DNA of 32,000 nucleotides from positions 3,360,001-3,392,000 of the forward strand of contig NC_017080.1 in assembly GCF_000284115.1 (NCBI RefSeq), read 5' to 3'. Origin of the DNA: Phycisphaera mikurensis NBRC 102666. GTDB taxonomy: Bacteria; Planctomycetota; Phycisphaerae; Phycisphaerales; Phycisphaeraceae. Shown piece by piece: positions 16,801-29,000 of the stretch. The translations under genes and the position numbers were made by a program. The notes under the pieces were generated by a model. The model was given only the letters and a program-made list of their open reading frames with translations. It was not told where the DNA came from and ran no database searches. Positions within the stretch are counted from its first letter, which is position 1; each line of letters opens with the position of its first letter.

Positions 16801-18132
16801 ATGGACGCGTTCGAGATCACGGGGGGCAGGCCGCTCCGGGGCGAGGTCACCATCCAGGGGGCGAAGAACGCGGCGCTGCCGCTGATGGCCGCGGCGCTGC
16901 TCGCCGGCGGCGACACGCCGGTGACGCTGCGGAACGTGCCCGACCTCTCGGACATCCGCAGCATGCTCAAGCTGCTCGCGGAGCTGGGCCTGGAGCTGAC
17001 GCGAGACACCGGGGGCACGCTGTCCTCGGCCCCGTCGGCCAGCGACAAGGTGCTGGCGCCCTACGACATCGTCAAGACGATGCGGGCGGGCATCTGCGTG
17101 CTCGGCCCGCTGCTGGCGAAGCGGGGGCGGGCGGAGGTCTCGATGCCCGGCGGCTGCGCGATCGGGACGCGGCCGGTCGACTTGCACCTCCGCGGGCTCG
17201 AGGCATTGGGCGCCCGCATCACGCTCGACGCCGGGTACATCGTGGCCGAGGCGCCGCCGGCCCGCGGCGGCGGGCGGCGCCTCCGCGGGGCCCACGTCTT
17301 CCTCGGCGGCCCCAACGGCTCGACGGTCCTGGGCACGGCCAACGTGATGTCCGCGGCGGTGCTCGCCGCGGGCACGACCGTCATCGAGTGCGCCGCCTGC
17401 GAGCCCGAGATCGAAGACCTCGGGAAGATGCTCGTCGGCATGGGGGCCGAGATCGAGGGGCTCGGCTCGCCGCGCGTGACCGTTCACGGCGTCGACGAGC
17501 TCGCCGGCGTCGACCACGCCGTGATGCCCGATCGGATCGAGGCGGGCACCTACCTGGCCGCCGCCGCCGCGACCGGCGGCGACGTGGCGATCCACCGCTT
17601 CCCGGTGCGGGCGATGGGCGCCTTCCTCGCCGCGCTCCGGGACGTGGGCGTCCGGCTGGAGGAGGTCGACGGCGGATCCGCGGACCGCGAACTCAACGAC
17701 GCCGAAACCGCCACGGTCCGCGGGGTCATCCCGCGCCGGCTCGATCCCACGGCGGTCGTGACCCAGCCGCACCCGGGCTTCCCCACCGACCTGCAGGCCC
17801 AGCTGATGGCGCTGCTCTGCCTCGCCGACGGCAACTCGCTGGTGACCGAGAAGATCTTCCCCGACCGCTTCCTGCACGTGCCCGAGCTGCAACGCATGGG
17901 CGCCGACGTCACGCGGCTGGGGCCCTCGGCGATGGTCCGTGGGGTCCGCGAGCTGATCGGGGCGCCGGTGATGGCCAGCGACCTGCGGGCCTCCGCCGGC
18001 CTGGTCATCGCCGGCCTCGCCGCCCGGGGCACGACGCTCGTGCAGCGCGTCTACCACCTCGACCGCGGCTACGAGGCGATGGAGACGCGGCTGCAGGCGC
18101 TGGGCGCCGACATCCAACGCGTCCGGCGCTAG
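16801..18132 (+). CDS. murA: UDP-N-acetylglucosamine 1-carboxyvinyltransferase
   Basis: 443 aa; 'GAKNAALPLMAAALL', 'MRAGICVLGPLLAKRGRAEVSMPGGCAIGTRPVDLHLRGLEALGA' (catalytic Cys retained), 'PHPGFPTDLQAQLMAL'. Confidence 0.97.
   Translation: MDAFEITGGRPLRGEVTIQGAKNAALPLMAAALLAGGDTPVTLRNVPDLSDIRSMLKLLAELGLELTRDTGGTLSSAPSASDKVLAPYDIVKTMRAGICVLGPLLAKRGRAEVSMPGGCAIGTRPVDLHLRGLEALGARITLDAGYIVAEAPPARGGGRRLRGAHVFLGGPNGSTVLGTANVMSAAVLAAGTTVIECAACEPEIEDLGKMLVGMGAEIEGLGSPRVTVHGVDELAGVDHAVMPDRIEAGTYLAAAAATGGDVAIHRFPVRAMGAFLAALRDVGVRLEEVDGGSADRELNDAETATVRGVIPRRLDPTAVVTQPHPGFPTDLQAQLMALLCLADGNSLVTEKIFPDRFLHVPELQRMGADVTRLGPSAMVRGVRELIGAPVMASDLRASAGLVIAGLAARGTTLVQRVYHLDRGYEAMETRLQALGADIQRVRR
17678..17723. 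repeat. Dispersed 46-bp IR element, copy 5, inside murA
   Basis: CCGCGGACCG (17678-17687), 26-nt centre, CGGTCCGCGG (17714-17723). Confidence 0.9.
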
Positions 18133-18205
18133 CGGGGCGGCCGCCGAGCGGGGGACCGCCGAAGAACCGACCGCCTCCGGTGCCTCGGGGGGAGCCGGCG
18201 GCTCC

Positions 18206-19516
18206 TCAGAACGAGTAGGTGAACGAGGCCTCGAGTGCGTGGCCCTCGTAGAGGTCCCGGCTCTCGTCCGCGAAGCTGCCCTCGTAGCCCAGCCGCAGCG
18301 TGGTCCGCTCGCCGGTGAGCGAGACGCCCGCCGTGGGCGCCCACCAGCCTTGGACGGCGGCGTCGTCGAGGAAGCGGTGGTACGCGAGGCCGGCGTCCAG
18401 GGCGAAGCGGGTGCCCGGCCGCCACAGCACCCCGCCGCCGAGCGAAGCGACCGCCTGCGAGAGGTCGGTGTCGAGCGTGTCCCGGTCCACCTCGGAGAGG
18501 AAAGGCCCGCTGTTGTCCTCGTCGTCGTCGTGGTCGTAGAAGGTCTGCTCCAGCCCGCTGTAGCCGACGATCCCGGCGCCCACGCTGAAGGTGAGGTCGC
18601 CGATCCGCAGCCCGCCGCCGGCGTTGAGGCCGTAGCCGACGAAGGAGCCCAGGTCGCCGGTGTCGCGGCTGCCGGCGCCGCCGAACTGCAGCACCGGCGT
18701 CAGGCGCAGGCTCAGCGCGTTCTCGGAGAGCGGGGCCGGGCGGTGGCCGAGCAGCGTGACCGGAAGGCCCAGCTCGATGCCGGACTGCCAGAGGTCCGCG
18801 CCGGCGACCTCGCGGTAGCCGAAGGTGTACGCGCCGGTGAGGCCGACCCACTCGCTGAAGTCGATGCCGCCGTCGAGCGTGCCCGCGAGGCGGACGCCGC
18901 CGAAGCCGTCGCTGTCGGCGTAGCCGCCGGTGCCCGTGTAGCGCACCCAGCCGATGCGGTTCTCGTCGAGTTGGAACGACAGCGACCGCGCCCCGCCGAG
19001 GGCCTCGGGGCCGGGCAGCGCGTGGCGGGAGAAGCTGCCGGTGGCCAGCAGCGCGGTCGCGGCGTCGGGGTTGCCGTCGACCGAGCCGATCGCCGCCTGT
19101 TCCCGCAGGTAGCGGAGGTAGCGGGCGTACACGTCGCTGCCCTCCTCCTCGAAGAAATCCTCGATCTCGTCGGTGAGGTCGTCGCGGTCGTCGCCGCGGA
19201 AGGTCCGCTCGAAGCCGACGCCGCGGAGCCGCACGGTCGCGGTGCGGCCATCGGCGGAGACGTCCACGACCGCCGCGTCGGCGACGCCGGCGTAGTCGAG
19301 CCGGATCCGCTGCTGCGTCCCGTCGAAGCCGCCGAAGCCGCCGCGGGCCTGGAGCGCGTCGTCGAGCAGGTCGAACGCATCCGACCCGCCCCGCTGCACG
19401 GCCGGTGTCCCGCCCGCGCCCGTCGCCCCGACCACGAAGAGCTCACGCCCGGACGCGGGGCACGCCGCGAGCGCCGCGGCGAGAAGGACGGCCGGCGGGG
19501 GGATCGTGCGGGTCAT
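18206..19516 (-). CDS. Predicted outer-membrane beta-barrel protein
   Basis: 436 aa; signal peptide, alternating amphipathic strands (TLRLGYEGSFADESRDLYEGHALEASFTYSF), C-terminal Phe typical of barrel proteins. Confidence 0.75.
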   Translation of the reverse strand: MTRTIPPPAVLLAAALAACPASGRELFVVGATGAGGTPAVQRGGSDAFDLLDDALQARGGFGGFDGTQQRIRLDYAGVADAAVVDVSADGRTATVRLRGVGFERTFRGDDRDDLTDEIEDFFEEEGSDVYARYLRYLREQAAIGSVDGNPDAATALLATGSFSRHALPGPEALGGARSLSFQLDENRIGWVRYTGTGGYADSDGFGGVRLAGTLDGGIDFSEWVGLTGAYTFGYREVAGADLWQSGIELGLPVTLLGHRPAPLSENALSLRLTPVLQFGGAGSRDTGDLGSFVGYGLNAGGGLRIGDLTFSVGAGIVGYSGLEQTFYDHDDDEDNSGPFLSEVDRDTLDTDLSQAVASLGGGVLWRPGTRFALDAGLAYHRFLDDAAVQGWWAPTAGVSLTGERTTLRLGYEGSFADESRDLYEGHALEASFTYSF

Positions 19517-19594
19517 GCCGGATCCTACCGCCCCCGAGGCCGACCCCTACCCTCGCTCCCGGACCCCGCCGCGCAACACCACCCAGAGAAAACC

Positions 19595-20008
19595 ATGTCC
19601 CTCCTCGGCCCGCTCTCCAACCTCCTCAACGCCGACGACGGCGTCACCCGCGACGCCGGCCAGCAGAGAGGCCTCGTGGGCATGGCCTCCGAGCTGCTCG
19701 GCTCCGCCGGCGGCATGAGCGGGCTCGTCGCGGCGCTCAGCGCCGGCGGCCTGGGCGAGCAGGTGAAGACCTGGCTGGGCGACGGGCCCAACGCGAGCGT
19801 CTCGGCGGGTGAACTCGAGGCGGCGCTGGGATCGGAGAAGATCCAGCAGCTCGCGGCGAAGTTCGGCCTGGACCCGGCCGCCGCCGCGACGCAGCTGTCC
19901 GCCTTCCTCCCGGGCCTCCTGGACAAGCTCTCGCCCGGCGGCGAGACGCCCGCCGACGGCGACGTGATGAAGCAGGTGACCGGCCTGCTCGGCGGCCTGA
20001 TGAAGTGA
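19595..20008 (+). CDS. DUF937/YidB-like protein
   Basis: 137 aa from ATG 19595; 'GLVGMASELLGSAGGMSGLVAALSAGGLGEQVKTWLGDGPNASVSAGELEAALGSEKIQQLAAKFGL'. Confidence 0.85.
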   Translation: MSLLGPLSNLLNADDGVTRDAGQQRGLVGMASELLGSAGGMSGLVAALSAGGLGEQVKTWLGDGPNASVSAGELEAALGSEKIQQLAAKFGLDPAAAATQLSAFLPGLLDKLSPGGETPADGDVMKQVTGLLGGLMK

Positions 20009-20029
20009 GCCCGGCCTCCGCGGCGCTTC

Positions 20030-20938
20030 ATGCCCTCCTCCCCGCCGCTGGACCTGCCGCCGACCGACCTCCTCCTCGCGGTCTGCGTCCAGACGGTCGC
20101 CGCGCTCGTCGCGTTCGCCGCGGGGGCGGCGGTGTCGCGGGCGCTGCGGGAGCGGGAGGCGGATTGGCCGCTGCTGCTCGCCGCGCTGGCGGGAGGATTG
20201 CTCGCGGCCTGGCTCATCGCCGGCCGCGAGCCGACCTTCGTCGCCGGGTGGCTGCCGGTGCCCGCGGTCATCGTCTACGGCAACCCGGGCCCGGCGCTCG
20301 GCGGCCTGCTCGCGGGCCTGCTCGCGGCCAACCGCCGCGTGCCGGGCTGGCGCAGGGCCCCGCTCGCGGCCGCGGTCGCGGCGGTCGGTCTGTACGGACC
20401 CGCCTCGACGCTGCTGCACGAGCCGCCGGCGGTGCGGCCGGTCCGCCGCGACGGCATCGACATGCAGACCCACCGGGCCAGCTGCAGCGCCGCCGCGGCC
20501 GCGACGCTGCTGCGGGCACGCGGGATTCTCGGCTTCACCGAGCGGGAAATGGTCCGGCTGTGCCTCACCGGCGAGCGCGGCACCCCGCTTCTGGGGGCCT
20601 TCCGCGGGCTCTACCTCGCGGCGGAGCGAGCCGGGGCCCCGCTGCGGCCGGTGTTCCGCCGCATGCCGGCCGCGGAGCTGCGGGCGCGGCCTGAGCTGCT
20701 GCCCGCGATGGTGAGCGTGCGCCTCACCGAGGAGCTCGACGAGCGCGACCCGCGCTACCGCGGCGACTGGGGCTGGCTGCTCGGCGTCACCCACTCGGTG
20801 GTCGTCTTCCGCTTCACCCGCGACGGCCGGGTGGAGGTCGGCGACCCGGGCGCCGGCCGGGAGCTGTGGTCGGTCGCGGCGCTGGAGAGCCTCTGGGTGG
20901 GCGACGTGCTCAGCCTGGAGACGCCGGATCCCGGTTGA
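20030..20938 (+). CDS. Membrane protein with C-terminal C39-like papain-fold peptidase domain
   Basis: 302 aa; N-terminal TM segments, then 'MQTHRASCSAAAAATLLRARGILGFTEREMVRLCLTGERGT' (Cys) and 'THSVVVFRFTRDGRVEVGDPGAG' (His/Asp). Confidence 0.65.
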   Translation: MPSSPPLDLPPTDLLLAVCVQTVAALVAFAAGAAVSRALREREADWPLLLAALAGGLLAAWLIAGREPTFVAGWLPVPAVIVYGNPGPALGGLLAGLLAANRRVPGWRRAPLAAAVAAVGLYGPASTLLHEPPAVRPVRRDGIDMQTHRASCSAAAAATLLRARGILGFTEREMVRLCLTGERGTPLLGAFRGLYLAAERAGAPLRPVFRRMPAAELRARPELLPAMVSVRLTEELDERDPRYRGDWGWLLGVTHSVVVFRFTRDGRVEVGDPGAGRELWSVAALESLWVGDVLSLETPDPG

Positions 20939-22001
20939 CGGCGTAGACGAGGCACAGGTCGTCGCCGAGCCGACTCGCCGAGACGAGCCGCAGCGGGCGG
21001 GCTCCGGCCATCCGCTCCATTGATCCCGCCGCCGCGGGCCCAAGCCCGGCCGGGTCGCCGAGCAGGAGCGGCGCGACGTAGGCGTGGATCTCGTCGACCA
21101 GGCCGGCGGCGAAGAAGGCGCCGGCGAGGCCGGGGCCCGCCTCGAGCAGCACGCGGGTGCAGCCGTCGGCCGCCAGCCGGCGAAGGACGGCCTCCGGCGG
21201 ATCTGCGGTGACCTCCAGCGGCGGCCCGCCGCGCTCGCGCAACGCCGCCCCGGCGGGCAACCGGCCCGAGCGATCGAAGACCACCCGCCGCGCCCGGCGG
21301 TGCACCCGCACGCCGCGTGCGGTCAGCCGCGGGTCGTCGGCAACCGCCGTGCCCGCGCCGGTGAGGACCGCGTCGACGCGGGCCCGCAGGCGGTGGACGC
21401 GGCGGCGTGAGGCCTCGTTGCTGATCCACTTCGAGTCGCCACCGGCGGTCGCGACGCATCCGTCGAGCGTCTGCGCCCACTTCGCGATCACCCAGGGCAG
21501 GCCGGTCGCCAGCCGCTTGGCGAAGGGCGCGAGCAGCCACGCCGTCCCCGGTGTCGGGGCCGCCACCGCCTCCACGCCCGCGGCCCGCAGCCGCCCGAAG
21601 CCGCCCCCGCTCACGCGCGGGTCGGGGTCGACCTCGCCGGCGACGACGCGGCCGACCCCCGCCGCGAGCAACGCCTCGGTGCAGGGCGGCGTCTTGCCGG
21701 TGTGGCGGCACGGCTCCAGCGTGACCACGGCGGTGAAGCCGGGCGCGAGCGGGCCACGCCGCCGCGCGTCGGCGAGGGCTTGCACCTCCGCGTGCGGCCC
21801 GCCGAAGCGCCGGTGGAACCCGCGGCCGAGCACGGGCCGCGGCCGCTCCACCGGCCCCGCCGCGAGCAGCACGCACCCCACCCGCGGGTTGGGCTCCACC
21901 CGCCCCGTCGCCCGCTCCGCCAGCCGCACCGCCGCCGCCATCGCCTGCGCCTCGGTGAGCGTCGCGTCCGTCTCCCACGGGCTCGGTCGGGGCGGGAGCA
22001 T
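20910..22001 (-). CDS. ribD: Bifunctional diaminohydroxyphosphoribosylaminopyrimidine deaminase / 5-amino-6-(5-phosphoribosylamino)uracil reductase
   Basis: 363 aa; 'VEPNPRVGCVLL', 'HAEVQALADA', 'VTLEPCRHTGKTPPCTEALLAAGV', 'AQTLDGCVATAGGDSKWISNEASR'. 3' end overlaps the convergent C39-like CDS by 29 bp. Confidence 0.93.
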   Translation of the reverse strand: MLPPRPSPWETDATLTEAQAMAAAVRLAERATGRVEPNPRVGCVLLAAGPVERPRPVLGRGFHRRFGGPHAEVQALADARRRGPLAPGFTAVVTLEPCRHTGKTPPCTEALLAAGVGRVVAGEVDPDPRVSGGGFGRLRAAGVEAVAAPTPGTAWLLAPFAKRLATGLPWVIAKWAQTLDGCVATAGGDSKWISNEASRRRVHRLRARVDAVLTGAGTAVADDPRLTARGVRVHRRARRVVFDRSGRLPAGAALRERGGPPLEVTADPPEAVLRRLAADGCTRVLLEAGPGLAGAFFAAGLVDEIHAYVAPLLLGDPAGLGPAAAGSMERMAGARPLRLVSASRLGDDLCLVYAVNRDPASPG

Positions 22002-22132
22002 CCGCCCGAACCTAGCGCCGCTGCCCGCGTGCGATCCCGTCGCGCGTCGAGCGACGCGGCGCCGGGATCCGCACGCCCGCCCTCCCCGGCCGGGGGCTCC
22101 CCCCGCCGTTTATCCTCGACCCCGGGCCCGCG

Positions 22133-22178
22133 CCGCGGACCGTCGCTCTTTTCGCCCCGAAACCGCCGCGGTCCGCGG
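22133..22178. repeat. Dispersed 46-bp IR element, copy 6 (intergenic, between divergent ribD and AsmA-like genes)
   Basis: CCGCGGACCG (22133-22142), 26-nt centre, CGGTCCGCGG (22169-22178). Confidence 0.9.
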
Positions 22179-22195
22179 CCTCCGGAAGCCAAGCC

Positions 22196-23128
22196 ATGAA
22201 GTGGATCCTCCGCCTTGCCGTCGTGCTCGTGATCCTCGCCGTCGCCGTGCTCGGCGCCGGCTACTTCTTCCTCAACCAGATCGTGCAGCGGGTCGTCGTG
22301 GACGCGGGCACCGAGGCGACGGGCACGCGGACGACGCTCGCCGGCGTCGGCCTCTCGCCCTTCTCCGGCGAGGCCAGCCTCACCGGCTTCGGCGTGGCCA
22401 ACCCCGAAGGCTTTGGCGGCGGCGACGTGATGTCGTTCACCAACGCCGACGTGCAGGTCGACCCCGCGAGCCTCCTCACCGACGTCATCCAGGTGCCGCG
22501 CTTCCACGTCGACGGCACGACGATCCACATCGCCTACGCCGACGGCCGGGCCAACTTCCTGGAGCTCTACAAGCACGTGCTCGGCGACGCCACCGGCGTG
22601 CCCGAGGAGCCCGCGCCCGACGAACCCGCCGACGGCGCGGCCGCGACGAAGGTGGTCATCGGCGACCTCCGGGTCACCAACACCCGCTTGCTGGGCAGCG
22701 TGCAGCTGCCCGGCTCGGAGACGCCGCTGGAGGTCGACCTCGTGCTCCCGCCGGTGGAGATGGAGAACATCGGCAGCGACGGCTCGGGCGTCACCGCCAA
22801 GGAGGCGATGCGCCTGGTGATGGAGGCGGTGCTCGCCAACGCCCGCGACGAGGCGATCAAGCTGCCCGACCTCGAGGGCGTCGCCCGGGCGTACCTCGAC
22901 GGCGTGCTCGAGGAGAAGCTCGGGGCCGACCTCAAGGGGCTCGAAGCGCAAGCCAAGGGCAAGAAGGCCGAGCTGGAGGCCGCCGTCGAGGACAACAGAG
23001 CGAAGCTCGACGCGGTCGTCGACGAGAACAAGGCCCGGCTCGAAGAGGGCAAGCAGCAGCTCGAGGGCCTGAAGGAGGGCTTTGGCGGGCTCTTCGGCGG
23101 GAAGAAGGACGAGCCGACCGCCGAGTGA
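22196..23128 (+). CDS. AsmA/DUF748-like membrane-anchored protein with C-terminal coiled coil
   Basis: 310 aa; N-terminal TM 'MKWILRLAVVLVILAVAVLGAGYFFLNQIVQRVV', 'LSPFSGEASLTGFGVANPEGF', C-terminal Lys/Glu/Leu coiled coil. Confidence 0.75.
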   Translation: MKWILRLAVVLVILAVAVLGAGYFFLNQIVQRVVVDAGTEATGTRTTLAGVGLSPFSGEASLTGFGVANPEGFGGGDVMSFTNADVQVDPASLLTDVIQVPRFHVDGTTIHIAYADGRANFLELYKHVLGDATGVPEEPAPDEPADGAAATKVVIGDLRVTNTRLLGSVQLPGSETPLEVDLVLPPVEMENIGSDGSGVTAKEAMRLVMEAVLANARDEAIKLPDLEGVARAYLDGVLEEKLGADLKGLEAQAKGKKAELEAAVEDNRAKLDAVVDENKARLEEGKQQLEGLKEGFGGLFGGKKDEPTAE

Positions 23129-23162
23129 GCAGCGGGCGACAAGAGAGCGGCCGCGGCCGGCT

Positions 23163-23918
23163 TCAGTAGTAGGGATCCGCCTTCGCCATCCCCTCGATGA
23201 AGCCGCGGCTGCGGCGGTCCTGGCGGCGGGGGTTCGCGGTCTCTTCCTTCAGCCGCAGCACCTCCGCGTGCCCGTCCACGAAGGCCATGCTGGAGCGGAG
23301 GTGGCCGTCTTCCTCGCCGTGCCAGGCGTTCTGCTCGCCCGCGGCGAGGTTGCGCAGCTGGATGAAGTCGGTCATGACCGACTTGGTGGCCGGCGAGGTG
23401 ACGTCCTGGAGGCCGAAGCCCTCCAGCGACCAGATGCCGTTGCGTTCGACGCGATCGCGCAGGCGATCGTCCTGGTTGTTCATCATGACGTAGGACGTCC
23501 CCCAGAGGTCCGCGACGGTGGGCGTGCTGTAATCCACCACGCTGCGGTCCAGCGGGCAGACCGCCACGGCGACGTCGCCGCCGAGGTAGTGGTGCAGCGC
23601 TCGCTGCTCGGCGGGGATGTTGCGCCGGTCCGAGTTGCTGCCGCGGTCGCCCGCCATGTTCACGTACCAGACCGGGTCCACCCGGGCGCTGTCCTCCACG
23701 CCCGCGGGGAAGCGTCGCTTCGCGTCGACCGTGTAGGCGGCGTAGGCCTGGCCGAGCGAGCGGATGTTGCTGACGCACTGCGTCTCCGCGGCGACGCCGT
23801 ACGCCTTGGTCATCACCGGCACCGCGAGCGCGGCCAGCAGGCCGATGATGCCCATGACGACCAGGAGTTCGAGGATCGTGAACGCGCAAGCGCGACGGCG
23901 GGGGTGTCGTTTCGTCAT
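23163..23918 (-). CDS. Type II secretion-like pseudopilin (prepilin N-terminal cleavage/methylation and H-X9-DG-like)
   Basis: Start at MTKRHPRRRACAFTILELLVVMGIIGLLAALAVPVMTKA; 'FVDGHAEVLRL'; C-terminus 'GMAKADPYY'. Confidence 0.87.
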   Translation of the reverse strand: MTKRHPRRRACAFTILELLVVMGIIGLLAALAVPVMTKAYGVAAETQCVSNIRSLGQAYAAYTVDAKRRFPAGVEDSARVDPVWYVNMAGDRGSNSDRRNIPAEQRALHHYLGGDVAVAVCPLDRSVVDYSTPTVADLWGTSYVMMNNQDDRLRDRVERNGIWSLEGFGLQDVTSPATKSVMTDFIQLRNLAAGEQNAWHGEEDGHLRSSMAFVDGHAEVLRLKEETANPRRQDRRSRGFIEGMAKADPYY

Positions 23919-24281
23919 CGGATGGTTTGGATCGGGGGCCGCGTGCATTCCCCGCTGCCTTCTTCGGACACGGATCGGTCCTCCCTGAGGGCCCGATCAC
24001 GCCCACGCCGACGGGTGGGCGGGGTGATGCCGGTTGCGCGGCGGCGTGCGGGAGGGGGAGCTGCGCCCGATCCCGACGGCCTCCAGGAGCGGGACGACGC
24101 GAGAAAGGCAGGGCTGGCGTCCGCGGGCGTAGCGGACCGAGCCCGCTCTGGGGCGGGCAAGGAGCAGCCGGAGAGCCCGACCGCGTGCATCGGCGGCCTC
24201 CTCGGCCGGGAAGACGATCCGGAGCCCGCGAACGGACCGCCCGCGTTCCGGCGGGCCCGCCTCGGCCCGCCTCCGCCCGCC

Positions 24282-25013
24282 TCAGTAGTAGGGGTCGCTC
24301 TTGGCCATCGCCTCGATCTCGCCGAAAGAATGCCGCACCAGCGGGGGGTTCAGGACCGTCGGCTCGACCTTCATCCGGACCGTCTCGGCGTGGCCGTCGA
24401 CGAAGCCCATGCCCGTGCGGAGGTGCCCCTTCTCCACGCCGTGCCAGGCGTGCTGCTCGGACTCGGCGAGGCTCCGGTGGTGGATGTAGTCGGTGAAGAC
24501 CGACTTCGTCGCCGGGCTGCTCACGTCGTTGAGGCCGAAGCCTTCCAGAGACCAGATGCCGTTGAGCGTCCGCCGGAGGGAGGTGGCCGCCCCGTTGTCG
24601 ACGTAGCTGTATGACGTCCCCCAGAGGGCGGCGATGGTCGAGCTGCCCGCCCGCGTGGTGCCACGGTCCAGCGGGCACACCGCGACCTCCACGGCGCCGT
24701 CCAGGTAGGGGTTGAGCACGCGCCGGTCGGCGTCGCGGTTGATCGAGCTGGACGTGGCGCCGCGGGCCCCGACGACGTTGAGGAACCAGACGTCGTGGCC
24801 GTGGCCGGCGGGGAAGCGACGCTTGAAGTCCACCGTGTAGGCCGCGTTGGCCTGCGTCATCGAGCGGAGGTTGCTGATGCACTGGGTCTCGGCCGCGACC
24901 CCGAAGGCCTTGGTCATCACCGGCACCGACAGCGCGGCCACGGCCGCGATGATCGCGATGACGACGAGGAGCTCAAGGAGGGTGAAACCGCCGCGAAAGG
25001 AAGGCTGCTGCAT
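24282..25013 (-). CDS. Type II secretion-like pseudopilin, paralogue of the neighbouring gene
   Basis: Start at MQQPSFRGGFTLLELLVVIAIIAAVAALSVPVMTKAFG; 'FVDGHAETVRM'; C-terminus 'AMAKSDPYY'. Confidence 0.87.
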   Translation of the reverse strand: MQQPSFRGGFTLLELLVVIAIIAAVAALSVPVMTKAFGVAAETQCISNLRSMTQANAAYTVDFKRRFPAGHGHDVWFLNVVGARGATSSSINRDADRRVLNPYLDGAVEVAVCPLDRGTTRAGSSTIAALWGTSYSYVDNGAATSLRRTLNGIWSLEGFGLNDVSSPATKSVFTDYIHHRSLAESEQHAWHGVEKGHLRTGMGFVDGHAETVRMKVEPTVLNPPLVRHSFGEIEAMAKSDPYY

Positions 25014-25189
25014 GATTGTTCTCGGGTGTAAAGCAGCCCGACCCCCGGGCTTGCGTTCCTGCATCGGCGCGGCGGCGGCTTGGCTTGTGCCCCGGGTTCG
25101 ACCCTTTGCGGCGGCGGCGCATCAGGAGATGCCTGAAGCTTCTGGGCGGGTTGCAGCGGTTGCCGGCCCGCGCCCCGTAGCGTCGGGCC

Positions 25190-27682
<2,493 letters not shown>

Positions 27683-27706
<24 letters not shown>

Positions 27707-27735
27707 CTTCGCTGAATGTACCTGACACCTTCGCT
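27683..27735. repeat. Perfect 21-bp inverted repeat with 11-nt loop (REP-like)
   Basis: AGCGAAGGTGTCAGGTACATT (27683-27703) / AATGTACCTGACACCTTCGCT (27715-27735). Confidence 0.95.
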
Positions 27736-28970
27736 TGACCTGACACCTTCGCTTGACCTTCGCTTGCCGTGATCTGGAGCATGCGGTCGAGGCTTCTGAG
27801 GGCCCACTTCTTGGCTTCGGGGTGGACGCCGACGCGGTTGACGACGCGCCCGGCGGCGAGCTCGTCGAGCACCCAGCACAGGTGCGGGGGGTCGATGCGG
27901 ACCATGGTCGTGCAGAGGCATTGGCACGAGGAGAGCATCCGGACGTGCACGCCGCGCTTGGCGCCGTACGCGGCGAGCCGGTTGACGAGGTGGGTCTCGG
28001 TGGCGATGGCCCAGCGCGAGCCGGGCTCGGCGCCCTCGATCGCCTGGATGATCCGCTCGGTGCTGCCGGAGAGGTCGGCGGCGCGGCACACCTCGTAGGC
28101 GCACTCGGGGTGGGCGATCACCGTGACGTCGGGCCACTGGGCGCGGACCTCGGCGACGTGCTCGGGGCGGAAGAGCTTGTGCACGCTGCAGTGGCCCTTC
28201 CAGAGGAGGAAGGTGCTGTCGAGCAGCCGCTGCTCGGTGTTGCCGCCGAGCTCCTCGCGCGTGCGCGGGTCCCACACGCACATCTGGGCGTCGGCGGGCG
28301 GCTCGCCGGCGGCGTCCAGCGGGCGATCGGGCCGGAAGCCGGCGTCGGCGGCGGTGTTGCGGCCGAGGTGCTGGTCGGGAACGAAGAGGATCTTCGCCTC
28401 CTCGCCTTCCTCCAGCGGCTCGTCGCCGCCGGCGAGCGCCCAGGCGAAGACCTTGTCGCAGTTGCTGCTCGTGCACACCGCCCCGCCGTGCTCGCCGCAG
28501 AAGGCCTTGATCGCCGCCGACGAGTTCATGTAGCAGATGGGGAGCAGCCGGACCTTCCGCCCGCGCCGGCGGTACAGCTCGGTCAGCTGCTCCCACGCGT
28601 CGACGGTCTGGTCGTAGTCGGCCATGTCGGCCATCGAGCAGCCGGCCCCCATGTCCGGAAGCAGCACCGCGACGCCGTCGCCGGTGAGCACGTCCGCCGT
28701 CTCGGCCATGAAGTGGACCCCGCAGAAGACCACGGTTCTGGCACCCACCTCCTGCACCCGCTCCGCCGCGAGCTGGCTGAGCTTGAAGCTGTCGCCGGTG
28801 AAGTCGGCGTGGGCGATCACGTCGTCGCGCTGGTAGTGGTGGCCGAGGATGACGACCTCGCCGGCGAGCTCGGCGCGGCGGGCGGCGATGCGTTCGGCGA
28901 GTTCCTCGCCGGAGGCACGCGTGTACGCGTCGGGGATCGCGGGCTGCCAGAGGAGCGTTGCAGAAGCCAT
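27693..28970 (-). CDS. nadA: Quinolinate synthase A
   Basis: 425 aa; 'ILGHHYQRDDVIAHADFTGDSFKLSQLAAE', 'VVFCGVHFMAETADVL', 'LPDMGAGCSMADM', 'HPECAYEVCRAADLSGST'; Fe-S cysteines present. Confidence 0.96.
27723..27768. repeat. Short tandem repeat overlapping the inverted repeat: 2 x TGACACCTTCGCTTGACC plus partial TTCGCTTGCC
   Basis: Identical 18-bp units at 27723-27740 and 27741-27758, partial copy 27759-27768. Confidence 0.9.
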
Positions 28971-29000
28971 GGCTCAGTTTACGGCCGATAGCCTCCGGCC

